This document shows, piece after piece, positions 20,183 to 30,600 of a DNA stretch of 64,000 nt; the first letter of the stretch is position 1; each line of letters starts with the position of its first letter. Location: NCBI GenBank assembly GCA_965208835.1, contig OZ242358.1:2592001-2656000 (forward strand), in the 5' to 3' direction. Source of the stretch: Candidatus Latescibacterota bacterium (lineage in GTDB: Bacteria > Latescibacterota > UBA2968 > GCA-2709665). The notes beneath the pieces were generated by a model, which worked only from the letters and a program-made list of their open reading frames with translations, did no database searches and was not told the origin of the DNA. Both the position numbers and the translations under genes were made by a program.

Positions 20183-21970
20183 ATGGTCAAGCGGAGGGAT
20201 TACAATGGCCCCAAATACATCGTCGTCGCCGGCGGTGTCATGAGCGGTGTAGGCAAGGGGCTTGCTACGGCGTCCATCGGAAAGATCCTGCAGCAGCACG
20301 GATACAAGGCAACGGGAATAAAGATCGATCCTTACCTCAATTACGACGCCGGAACCCTGCGTCCCACAGAGCACGGGGAGGTTTGGGTAACCGACGACGG
20401 CGGCGAAATCGATCTCGACCTCGGGAACTACGAAAGGTTCCTGGGTATCGACCTGCCACGAACGAACAACCTGACCACCGGACAAATCTACCACACCGTG
20501 ATCGAACGGGAACGCCGGGGAGAATATCTGGGCAAGACGGTTCAGCCAATTCCTCATATTACCGATGAAATCAAACAGCGAATAACAGACTCGGCGAATG
20601 GATTCGATATTGCGCTGGTAGAGATTGGCGGCACGATTGGCGACGATGAAAATCGGCCTTTTTTATTTGCAATGAAGAGCCTCGAGCGGGAAGTCGGAGA
20701 GGAAAACGTCATCTACGTGCTGGTCACCTACCTTCCGGTTCCCGGTCACGTCGGGGAGATGAAGACCAAGCCCACTCAGCATGCGATCCGGTCATTGAGT
20801 GAGAACGGGATATTCGCGGATTTCATCATCTGCCGCGCCGTTGAGGCACTCGACGACGTACGAAAGCGAAAAATCGAGATTTCTGCGAATATCTCGGCAG
20901 ACCGGATTATTTCCGCACCCGACGTCGACAGCATCTATCAGGTGCCGCTGGAATACGAAAAAGACCGATTGGGCGAGAAGATACTCGATGAGTTCGGCCT
21001 GTCTCCGAAAAAGACGCCGGACTGGGATCGCTGGTGTGAACTGCTGGAGATGATTCGTGCACCCAGGGAACGCGTACGCGTCGCCATGGTTGGAAAATAC
21101 GTCGGAATCGGGGACTATGAGTTTCAGGATTCGTACATCTCCGTCAACCAGTCTCTGGAACACGCCGGCGCCCTGTCGGATACAAAGGTCGAGATCGACT
21201 GGATCGACACCAACCGCCTCGAACATCACGATGCCAACGAGGTACTGGCCGGATATCACGGCATTATTGTCCCCGGTGCGTTTGGCGAAGGGGGCGCCGA
21301 GGGCGCCATCAATGCCGTCCGTTACGCCAGGGAGAATCAGGTTCCATACCTCGGGCTTTGTTACGGGCTGCAGATGGTTGTGGTAGAGTACTCACGTAAC
21401 GTCGCCGGATTGAACGAAGCGAATTCCGTGGAGATGGATCCCGATACGCCCCACGCCGTAATTGACATTCAGTACGCGCAGCGACAGATTATCGAAGAAA
21501 ACCGGTACGGCGGCACCATGAGGCTGGGAGGGTACGCTGCCGTATTGAGGCGGGAATCGCGTGTAATGGACCTCTACGAACGCACGGGACGACTGGAAGA
21601 GGATTCCTGGAGAGTCCAGCAGCTTTTTAAGCGTCCCGATCAGATGTTCAGGTGCGGTGTTATCCTGCCGAGCGAGAATGCAGTGGTTGAACGACATCGG
21701 CACCGTTATGAAGTTGCGCCGAAATACGTCGACCTGCTGGAGGAGCATGGGCTTGTGTTTTCAGGTTTTCACCGCAGGGAGGACGGTACCAAGCTGATGG
21801 AATTCGTGGAACTGCCCAATCACCCGTTTTTCATTGCGACCCAGGCACACCCGGAATTCAAGTCCCGGCTGGAACGCCCTGCGCCCCTGTTTTATGGACT
21901 TGTCAACGCCGCCATTCGCCATTCCGAAGCGGGACACAAGGAATCCGTGCAGATCGAGCTGGAAACATGA
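20183..21970 (+). CDS. pyrG: CTP synthase
   Basis: GGVMSGVGKG, KIDPYLN, HGEV, KTKPTQ, GLCYG, ERHRHRYE, HPEF. Confidence 0.97.
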   Translation: MVKRRDYNGPKYIVVAGGVMSGVGKGLATASIGKILQQHGYKATGIKIDPYLNYDAGTLRPTEHGEVWVTDDGGEIDLDLGNYERFLGIDLPRTNNLTTGQIYHTVIERERRGEYLGKTVQPIPHITDEIKQRITDSANGFDIALVEIGGTIGDDENRPFLFAMKSLEREVGEENVIYVLVTYLPVPGHVGEMKTKPTQHAIRSLSENGIFADFIICRAVEALDDVRKRKIEISANISADRIISAPDVDSIYQVPLEYEKDRLGEKILDEFGLSPKKTPDWDRWCELLEMIRAPRERVRVAMVGKYVGIGDYEFQDSYISVNQSLEHAGALSDTKVEIDWIDTNRLEHHDANEVLAGYHGIIVPGAFGEGGAEGAINAVRYARENQVPYLGLCYGLQMVVVEYSRNVAGLNEANSVEMDPDTPHAVIDIQYAQRQIIEENRYGGTMRLGGYAAVLRRESRVMDLYERTGRLEEDSWRVQQLFKRPDQMFRCGVILPSENAVVERHRHRYEVAPKYVDLLEEHGLVFSGFHRREDGTKLMEFVELPNHPFFIATQAHPEFKSRLERPAPLFYGLVNAAIRHSEAGHKESVQIELET

Positions 21971-22533
21971 TGCCGGGCCGGGGGTCCCCGGTTTCGTACT
22001 CGTTCGGGATATGCCTGTTTTTTTTCGTTTTCGCAGCCTGTTCGCCCTCGCCGGAGCCGTCGCCGTCAGACACGACGATCCCCCGGCCTCCGGACCAGGA
22101 GGCGTGGGGATGGAACACGGTGGTTACAAGGAACGGCCGCAAACGCGCCGAAGTCTCGGCGGGACATTTCAGGAAATACGACCGGACATTGACAGCCCTG
22201 CTCGACAGCGGCGTGGCTGTTTCCTTTTATGACGGACCCGGGCTGAAGCAAGTGTCGGTGTTGACGGCGCGACAGGCGGAGATTCACGAAGAATCCGGGG
22301 ATATGCTGGCAACTGGGCAGGTGGCTGTGGTCGCCACCAACGGAACGCGCCTGGAGACCGATACGTTACGCTGGAACCGCGACACAGATATGATTACAGG
22401 AAACGGGCGGATGACCCTCTGGAGACCGGACGGCGAGGAGACCGGGGTTGGGTTCGAGGCATCCTCAGATCTTCAGTGGTGGAAAATGCGTCAGGTTTCA
22501 ACGCGACTGGGCGGGGCGGATTCCCTCCGATAG
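21967..22533 (+). CDS. lptC: LPS export periplasmic protein LptC
   Basis: Signal/lipobox, PDQE, V.FYD, L.T..L.W, G.GFE; position upstream of lptA/lptB. Confidence 0.85.
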   Translation: MMPGRGSPVSYSFGICLFFFVFAACSPSPEPSPSDTTIPRPPDQEAWGWNTVVTRNGRKRAEVSAGHFRKYDRTLTALLDSGVAVSFYDGPGLKQVSVLTARQAEIHEESGDMLATGQVAVVATNGTRLETDTLRWNRDTDMITGNGRMTLWRPDGEETGVGFEASSDLQWWKMRQVSTRLGGADSLR

Positions 22534-22574
22534 ACCTTCGTTTATCTGCAATCGTCGCCGATCCCTCCTCTTGT

Positions 22575-23900
22575 ATGTCCTTCTACCTGTTTTTAATCTG
22601 GTTTTTTCTGGCATCGGCATCTCATATAGACGCAACAGAGTTGATCCGTGCCGACCGCAGCGAGACCATTCTGCGGGATACGGGTGTTTTACGGATTGAA
22701 GTGGGCGGCGTTTCCTACCAGCACACGGAACGCGCGCTCAGCGTATCTGCGGACTCCGCGCGCCTTTGGATCCCTGACGGCGGTTTGTCACGAGCGAGGT
22801 TCTTCGGCCGGGTTACATACCGGGATTCGGCAAGAACGCTGGACGCCGATATCATGACATACCACCCACGCAGCGAACTGGCTACCTTCCAGGGCGGGGT
22901 GCGTGTCATTGGACGGGACCGTCTGCTGACTGCCCGGCGTGTCATGTACCGCAAGAAGGCGAACCTGTTGGAAGCCGACGGCGGGGCTGAACTGGACTAC
23001 AGCACGAAGCGGATTTTATTGCGCGCACCCGCTATGACGTACCATGTGGTAGCGGATTCAGGTTGGGGAACGGGTGGCGTTCAGGCCGTACGATCACCAG
23101 AGTCACGCGGAGATTCGCTTACCGTTCGCTCGGATTCGATGCAATTCGCAAATCTGGGCGATCGCATACGGTTTTCCGGCCGGGTCCGCATGGTCCATGC
23201 CGGAATGCAGGCATGCGCGCCGCGTGGACGCTATTTCAGGCTGGCGGACCGGGTGGAACTGGAAGGCGGGACATCAGCTGTCTGGATTCAAAGCGATGAA
23301 ACACGGGCTGACTCGGTGATCCTGAACGCCGAACAGATGCACGTTTATGGCGCGGGTGGCAATGCGCTCGATATAGTCGTACTCATTGGCGCCGCGAGGC
23401 TGCGAAAGGAAGCGGTGCAGCCGGATATCGACGACGCGCAGGAGGTTCAGGCCGATTCGGTTGTTCTGAACCTGGCGGATGGCCGGATCGCCGACATCGA
23501 AGCATCCGGGGAAGCCTCAACGATGCTGACCTCGCGTGATGGCGCCACCGTGGACCTCAAGGGCAATCGAATCCGGATGGGTCTTCCGGATGGGAGCCTG
23601 GATAGCCTGACGGTCTACGGGGAGGGAAGCGGCGCATACGTTTCATCCGACAGCGCGGCCGTAAGTCAAATTTCCGGCGGCTTGATTTTGTTTGACTTCG
23701 AAGAGGGTGCAGTAAAAAAGGTCCTGATCCGGGAGGCTGCCCGGTGTGCCCACCGGTCTGAAACCGGGAAAACCGGAGACATCCGGCTCTCGGGCGATTC
23801 CGTGATACTGACGTTCGACGGGGACAGGCTCGCGAATGTTCAGGCGGACGGCGGGGTCCGGGGTCGATACAAACCGGCGGAATCCGGAGATGCGCCGTGA
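22575..23900 (+). CDS. lptA: Long LptA/OstA beta-jellyroll protein
   Basis: Signal peptide; repeated 'ADS...F.G.V' jellyroll strands; C-terminal GGVRGRY.P; lies between lptC and lptB (start uncertain). Confidence 0.75.
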   Translation: MSFYLFLIWFFLASASHIDATELIRADRSETILRDTGVLRIEVGGVSYQHTERALSVSADSARLWIPDGGLSRARFFGRVTYRDSARTLDADIMTYHPRSELATFQGGVRVIGRDRLLTARRVMYRKKANLLEADGGAELDYSTKRILLRAPAMTYHVVADSGWGTGGVQAVRSPESRGDSLTVRSDSMQFANLGDRIRFSGRVRMVHAGMQACAPRGRYFRLADRVELEGGTSAVWIQSDETRADSVILNAEQMHVYGAGGNALDIVVLIGAARLRKEAVQPDIDDAQEVQADSVVLNLADGRIADIEASGEASTMLTSRDGATVDLKGNRIRMGLPDGSLDSLTVYGEGSGAYVSSDSAAVSQISGGLILFDFEEGAVKKVLIREAARCAHRSETGKTGDIRLSGDSVILTFDGDRLANVQADGGVRGRYKPAESGDAP

Positions 23901-24619
23901 TCCTGAACGCACGGAATCTGGTAAAGGCGTACCAGCGCCGGCCGGTGGTCGACGGCGTTTGCCTCAAGGTGAATCCCGGTGAGATCGTTGGCCTTCTGGG
24001 CCCCAATGGAGCCGGAAAAACGACCACCTTCCATCTGATTGTGGGTCTGATTCCTTGCAAGCAGGGTGAGATCTATCTCGGAGACGAGAAAATAACAGGT
24101 ATGCCGATGTACGTTCGGGCACGGAAAGGCATCGGCTATCTGGCCCAGGAGCCCTCCGTATTCAGAAAACTGACCGTGAAGCAGAACATCCTCGCAGTGC
24201 TGGAAACACTTCAACTGTCACGCGGGGAACAGGAGGCCCGACTGGAGTCGCTGCTTAAAGAATTGGGACTCTCGAATCTCGCGAATCGCAGAGCGGACGG
24301 GCTCTCGGGCGGCGAAGCACGCAGACTTGAGATTACACGTGCTCTGGCCAGACGTCCCCGTTTCCTCCTCCTGGATGAGCCCTTCGCCGGTATCGACCCG
24401 AAGGCCGTCGAAGATATCCAGGCCATAATTCGCGCGCTCAAGGACCGCCGGATCGGACTGCTCATTACCGATCACAACGTTCGCGAAACCCTGGCGATAA
24501 CCGACAGATCCTACATTCTCTCCAGCGGACGTATTCTGACATCCGGCAGCCCGACGGAACTGGCGGAGAATGCGGAAGTGCGGCGCGTATACCTTGGGGA
24601 CAGATTTCGATTGGACTGA
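23897..24619 (+). CDS. lptB: LPS export ABC ATPase LptB
   Basis: [47 protein letters not shown]. Confidence 0.97.
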   Translation: MILNARNLVKAYQRRPVVDGVCLKVNPGEIVGLLGPNGAGKTTTFHLIVGLIPCKQGEIYLGDEKITGMPMYVRARKGIGYLAQEPSVFRKLTVKQNILAVLETLQLSRGEQEARLESLLKELGLSNLANRRADGLSGGEARRLEITRALARRPRFLLLDEPFAGIDPKAVEDIQAIIRALKDRRIGLLITDHNVRETLAITDRSYILSSGRILTSGSPTELAENAEVRRVYLGDRFRLD

Positions 24620-24846
24620 CTGAAAATTGGGATTGTCACTCTGTCACGTTTTCATTATTATTTTTAACGCGGTGAAGAGTCGGCCGAATAGATATTGATT
24701 GTACATCCGTTTCTTTCCGTCGGAAATCTTGTATTCCAACACATTGATAATATACAGTTTAATTGCAATTCCCTGTACGGGATTGTCCGCAGGACAGTTA
24801 TGCTCGTTCCCGTTTCGTACGTTTTTCCGGAGATCTCCAAAGGCAT

Positions 24847-26316
24847 ATGATTCAACTGACCCAAACCGTCTCCCTTCAACAGAAGCTGGCGCCCCAGCTC
24901 ATACAGTCCTTGCGGCTGCTGCAAATGCCCTCGCTCGAACTGGAACAACTGATTCAGCAGGAATTACAGACCAATCCGCTCCTGGAGGTTTCGGAAGAGA
25001 CGGTTCGCGAAGACGAGGAATGGGATCTGGAGTCGGACGGGAGGGAATCGGTCGATACCGACGTCGAACGGAACGAAGCGGATGACGCGGACCCGCCGGA
25101 ACTGGATTTCGGCGACGCAGCGATGGCCGACGGCCGGTTGAACGAGAATCAGTGGAACGAACTCCTAAACGATTCCGGGTACGCCGCGCCCCGGGCTGAA
25201 TTTGACCCCAGTGCTGAAGAGTGGGAGTACGACGGTCCCGGGCAGCAATCATTGGAAGCAGAACTCCGCGCCCAGCTCTCCCTTACCGATCTGGACGCCG
25301 CTGAGCAGAAGATCGGCGAGTACATCATTGGCAATATCGACGAAGACGGCTTTTTACAGGCACAGGTCGAGGACATTGTCGCAATTCTCGGAGAAGAGCC
25401 GGATACGGTGGCGGGCATCCTTGAGGTTATTCAGACGTTCGATCCACCGGGTGTGGGCGCACGGGACCTAAAGGAATGCCTGGCGATTCAGCTTCGTGAG
25501 CAGGGGCTGGCGGATTCTCTTGCGATGAATATCGTGCTCGACTATTGGGACGATCTTGTGAACCGCCGATACATTAAAATCAGCCGCTCGCTCGGTGTGG
25601 ACCGCGCGGCGATTGCCCACGCCGAAGGTGTGATCTCAGGCCTCAACCCGAAACCGATGATTTACAGGGAAGGCCGTATCAATCACAACCTGGTTGTACC
25701 CGATCTCGAGGTGCAGAAGGTCGGCGACGAGTATGTCGTTTCGCTTATCGACCGCAATCTTCCTGCCCTGCGGGTCAGCCCTGCATACAGAACGCTGCTC
25801 AGCAAGTCCGGAGAGCCGGGTACTCAGGCCAGAAAGTTCGTCGTGGATCGGTTGAATTCCGCCCGTTGGTTCATCAGCGCGATTAACCAGCGCCGCACTA
25901 CAATGCTCAAGGTCATGCGGTGTATCGTCGATAGTCAGCGCGCGTTCTTCGACAAGGGAGTCGGCTTCCTGAAGCCCATGGTGCTTCAGGAGGTCGCTGA
26001 CCGGGTCGATATGCACGTTTCGACAATCAGCCGGGTGAGCAATGGTAAATACGTACAAACGCCGCACGGTGTATTCGAGTTGAAATACTTTTTCGATGGT
26101 GGTCTGTCCCGCAACGACGGCGAAGACATTGCCGCAAGGAGCGTAAAGCAGAAGATCGCCAGATTGATTGCGGAGGAGAACACCAGAAAGCCGTTGAGTG
26201 ATCAGAAGATTGCAGATTTGCTGAAAAACGAGGGCATCGCCATTGCACGCCGCACGGTAGCCAAATATCGTGATCAGTTGAAGATCAACCCTGCGAGATA
26301 CAGGAAGTCAATTTGA
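24847..26316 (+). CDS. rpoN: RNA polymerase sigma-54 factor
   Basis: Q/L-rich region I, NPLLE, GVGARDL.ECL, H.STISR, RpoN box ARRTVAKYR. Confidence 0.97.
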   Translation: MIQLTQTVSLQQKLAPQLIQSLRLLQMPSLELEQLIQQELQTNPLLEVSEETVREDEEWDLESDGRESVDTDVERNEADDADPPELDFGDAAMADGRLNENQWNELLNDSGYAAPRAEFDPSAEEWEYDGPGQQSLEAELRAQLSLTDLDAAEQKIGEYIIGNIDEDGFLQAQVEDIVAILGEEPDTVAGILEVIQTFDPPGVGARDLKECLAIQLREQGLADSLAMNIVLDYWDDLVNRRYIKISRSLGVDRAAIAHAEGVISGLNPKPMIYREGRINHNLVVPDLEVQKVGDEYVVSLIDRNLPALRVSPAYRTLLSKSGEPGTQARKFVVDRLNSARWFISAINQRRTTMLKVMRCIVDSQRAFFDKGVGFLKPMVLQEVADRVDMHVSTISRVSNGKYVQTPHGVFELKYFFDGGLSRNDGEDIAARSVKQKIARLIAEENTRKPLSDQKIADLLKNEGIAIARRTVAKYRDQLKINPARYRKSI

Positions 26317-26343
26317 CAGTGGCGTGTACGTAGGCTCGGCAGT

Positions 26344-26404
26344 AAAAAAACGGCGGAATCTTATGGACTGGCTGGTTTCCAATCTGATTCCGCCGGTTTT
26401 TTTT
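26344..26404. terminator. Bidirectional terminator between convergent genes
   Basis: A7-CGGCGGAATC...GATTCCGCCG-G-T8. Confidence 0.75.
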
Positions 26405-26441
26405 GCGCGTGTGAGTTTGGCCCGGGCCGTGCTCCGGCAAA

Positions 26442-27227
26442 CTACCCTCCGGATTGAACGGCGCTGATTTCATCCTTTGAAATCTTCTGTACGCTCATCG
26501 GATTGAATGTCTGGCGTGTGCCCGAACGGAGTGCGACCTCGATTCTTCCTCCGGTCAAGACGAAAAACTGCAGCAGAAAACCCCCGCCCTGCATCGGCTC
26601 AACCTGATATTCCTCGGGGTCCAACCCGTCGATCCATACAGGAAGACATGCCCTGAAGCGGTCATCTGCACATACGGATTGCGGTAGCGCCATCACCAGC
26701 GTTCCCGGTGATTCGTCCAGGGTCTCACCTATGGTCCTTCTTATCCCCGCAAGATAAGGAATCACCTTCGCCGCGTAGTGGAAGTCGTCTTCGTCATCCC
26801 GCACGGGCGGCACGATACCCCATGTCATATGGTGGACGAATGGATTCCCGTGACCCTGGGCAAGCATGTGGTCCCGGGCGGCTTCGTCCACGGGATGGAC
26901 GACCGCGACGTAGTCAAACCAGCCCTTTCCTCGAGCGGAACTGTCCTCGGGCAATCCGGAAGGTACATTTATGTAGTCGTGCCCGTCAACCGGCGACGGA
27001 TAGCACCGGGTGTCCCAACCGGCGACGTATCCGATGCGTTTCAATCGGCCGGAGAGGAGGTGCGGGGGATCGACAAAAATGGCGGCATGATCCGGATTCG
27101 GCAGCAGAGGCACACCGGCGTCGGAGATTCTTCGAGCGACGTCGAGTGCCTCCCCGAGGCGTTCGGGTGCGTTGGGGATGTCGAGTTGATCGTTGAAATC
27201 ATCCGGCAGAATGACGTTCCGGGACAT
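26442..27227 (-). CDS. Hypothetical protein, possible VOC/HPPD-like metalloenzyme
   Basis: AAGGAG RBS; DH, HH, LLQFF and IE..R.G...F motifs. Confidence 0.65.
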   Translation of the reverse strand: MSRNVILPDDFNDQLDIPNAPERLGEALDVARRISDAGVPLLPNPDHAAIFVDPPHLLSGRLKRIGYVAGWDTRCYPSPVDGHDYINVPSGLPEDSSARGKGWFDYVAVVHPVDEAARDHMLAQGHGNPFVHHMTWGIVPPVRDDEDDFHYAAKVIPYLAGIRRTIGETLDESPGTLVMALPQSVCADDRFRACLPVWIDGLDPEEYQVEPMQGGGFLLQFFVLTGGRIEVALRSGTRQTFNPMSVQKISKDEISAVQSGG

Positions 27228-27594
27228 CTTGATCTCCTTCTGGACGATCGCGATCGATCACACGTATTGATTCGGCAGACAGATCGGACTGCGGGCGCTG
27301 AAATGGAAAACATTGACCTTTACGCTGTAAAATCGCGTCGTGGCTTCGCGGTGTCAAGGGGAATTCGTTTTGGGAAGGAGAAATGGGATCGGTACAAGGG
27401 GTTCTAAGCCCTGCTGAAGCCGCCGCCGGCCGGCAACGGGCGCAACAATCTGGCGTGGACATTTCCCGTTTCGCGGCTGGGACTCCCTCGGGAATTTTTG
27501 TCACTTATCGACCGCGAGCGATGTTTCAATTTCAAAACCTCTGCTGAAAATTGTATTCATCCACGAGTATGTCCGATCGGATGATCCTGTGATA

Positions 27595-27607
27595 CAACAG
27601 ATTGATA
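27595..27607. promoter_or_regulatory. IHF binding site match (YAANNNNTTGATW)
   Basis: CAACAGATTGATA, 30 nt upstream of the sigma54 -24 element. Confidence 0.55.
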
Positions 27608-27636
27608 AAAAATAACTTATGTCAAAAGACCCTGAT

Positions 27637-27652
27637 TGGCACAAGGATTGCA
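27637..27652 (+). promoter_or_regulatory. Sigma54 -24/-12 promoter
   Basis: TGGCAC-AAGGA-TTGCA matches the TGGCAC-N5-TTGCW consensus. Confidence 0.85.
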
Positions 27653-27694
27653 TCTTCCGGTATAACGTATAGGCGCCTGCGGAAGGAGAGATGT

Positions 27695-30600
27695 GTGAAA
27701 CAGATGCTCGTGTTCGTGTTCGTGTTCCTGGTCATTGACCGGACGGGGCTGTGGGCGCAGGCGGTAGCAACGCCGGATACGCTTCGCTTCGGTCCTGTGC
27801 GCACGTGGACTTCCGTCCAGGATAGTGTCCATATCCTAAACACGGGTGACGCTGACGTAATCCTGACTTCCGGCGATGTGGACAATGCCGCCTTCCGGCT
27901 GCCGAGCGACCCGTTTTCCGACACAGGCGACACGCTGGCACCCGACCAGGCCTTGAATCTCCCCGTAATTTTCGAGCCGAGTGACATTGGTGTGCTCACC
28001 GCAATCCTAACGGTCGGCACCAATGGAGGTTCTCTGAATGTGCATCTCACCGGCGAAGGCGTTCGCGAAGTGATAGTCATCCAGGAGATCCTCGCCGACC
28101 CGCCACCGGGTCTCGCCGGTGACGCCAATGGAGACGGGGTACGTGATACTTACCACGATGAATTTGTTGAACTCCTGAATATCGGATTGAGACCGGTCGA
28201 CATTGGTGGGTGGCAATTAAGCGATGCAGGAGCGGCCGTGTCAAAGAGGTTTACGTTTCCGGAAGACACCCGGCTGAATCCGGGCGAACGCGCGGTCCTT
28301 TTTGGCGGCGGCAGCCCAACCGGTTTCCCGGGACCCGTGTTTGTCGACGACGGAAGGATCGGTGGTGGTCTGAGTAACACAAGCGACGCCGTTTTCCTGA
28401 TAGATTCGAATATACCGGATACGATGGCGACCGCCGCCTACGATACCCAGGCGGACCGGAACCAATCCCTGGTTCGCCATCCAGAGGGTCGGGGCCCCTT
28501 CGTTCTCCACAGCGCATTGCCGGGTGGCGGCCCGCTGTTTTCTCCGGGTCGGGGGCGTTCGGATATCCAACGCATTGAAGTTCTGCCCGCGGATACCACG
28601 GTGGAACTTGAAGCGACGATCCGGTTCGAAGCTCGTGCCGAATTCAGCGATGGAAGCGAGTCCACGATGGACGAGGGGGTGGTCTGGCATACCACCAACG
28701 ATGCGGTAATCAGCCTTTCAGGCGCCATCGGGACCGCCGTGGGCGTGGGGTTTGCTGAGATTGCCGCCAGCGTGTCAGGAGCAATCTCTATTTCCGGCCG
28801 GATTGTGGTTAGAGATCCCGCCCAGTCGAATGCAGGGGCGCTGCCCGTCGAAACGGCAGGAGCCCGGGTGGTGATCGATGAGGTATTGGCTGATCCGGCT
28901 CCCGGTGGGGGCGGGGATGCCAACCGGGACGGGCTGAGGGACGGCAAGGCTGATGAGTTTGTTGAGATATGGAATGTTGACTCGAAACCCGTAAAAATAG
29001 GCGGATGGTGGCTGAGCGACGACGACGTCGGTCCAAGAGGGCGATTTCACTTCCCCGACGGACTGACACTTGAGCCGGGAATGCGTGCAGTGCTTTTTGG
29101 CGGGGGTAATCCACGAGATATCCCAGGGCACGTATTCGTAGATGACGGCAGTATCGGTAACGGATTGACCAATAAGGGGGATCTGGTATTGCTCGTCGAC
29201 CCCGTCTCGGACGATACCGTGGCTGTCGCCGACTTCCGGGTAACAGGGGACCTGAACCGGTCTGTGGTTCGGTTCGCCGAGGGCGTTTACGTTCCGCATG
29301 TTGACTTGCCTGACGGCGGGGTGATTTCTCCGGGCCGGCCGCACCCGATGCCTGCCGTTCCCGTGCAAACGGCGAAAACTCCCCGGCCGGAGTTTCTGGA
29401 TGCCCCTCCATCCTGGTGCCGGGTAGGCGCGCTTTGCCGGTTCATGCCCAGGATTCGCAATCTGGACGGGGGATTCGTGCATCTGGAAACCCGAGCACAC
29501 GGCGTTGTATGGGACCGTTCTACGGGCGAGATTTCGTGGAGGCCGGATCGGGAAGGTCGATTTCGCTTCTGGCAGACCGCGGTGAGTGGTTCGGGCGAAA
29601 ATACAGTACGACAATTCGATATATGGGTTGAACCCCGTCCACAGATCGCAATCGTCGAGATTCTGGCGGACCCGCCGGACGGCCTGAACGGTGACGTGAA
29701 TGGAGATGGAACGCGTGGCAGCCAGTCGGACGAGTTCGTCGAGATCCTGAATGAAGGGTCGGATGCGGTCTGGATTTCGGATTGGCGTTTGAGCGACGAC
29801 GATGTCTCGGCACGAAGGCAGTTCAGGTTTCCCGGTTTCACCAGACTTCAACCCGGAGAACGCGCCGTTCTGTTTGGAGGCGGACAGTCAAAGGGCATCG
29901 ATGGGCCGGTTTTCGTGGATGATGGCAGTATCGGTAACGGTTTGACCGACAATTCTGATGTGATTCTGTTAATCGACTCCGCCTTGAACGATACGCTTGC
30001 CAGCGCCGTCTATACCGTAGAGGGAGACATCGACCAATCTCTGGTGTGGAACGGTTCCGCCTGGGTCCCTCACGAGACCCCTCCCGGTCGCGGGGTTTAC
30101 TCGCCCGGATTGCCCTCCGAGATGGGTACTGTCATTGGAAGAGACGCCGATGACCGGCCCGGCTCCGGTCCCGACCATGGCGATGCGGAGTCGGATGGCG
30201 AGGGAGGTGGCGGCGGAACTTCGTCGGGGACAGTTCCGGCATCTGTGATAATCAGCGAAATTCTCGCGAATCCTGCCCCGGGGGCAACCGGCGACGTCAA
30301 CGCCGACGGAGAACGCCACGGATATCAGGACGAATTCGTGGAACTGTGGAACGCCGGAACCGACACGGCCCGTCTCGACGGGTGCAGGCTTGGAGATGAC
30401 GATACGCCAATGAGTCGCCTGTTCGAATTTCCATCAGGTACGATGCTCCCGCCAGACGGGTTTCTGGTCCTTTTCGGTGGCGGATCCACTACAAACTTCC
30501 CCGAAAACGCTTTTGTGGATGACGGTCGGATCGGCGACGGGCTCTCGAATGCGGGCGACATGATCGTGTTTCTGTCGCCTGACGGTGTGGACACGCTTGA

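Noticed and set aside
22575-23900. Unusually long LptA as a novelty
   Set aside because: Multi-OstA LptA-like proteins are common in FCB-group bacteria
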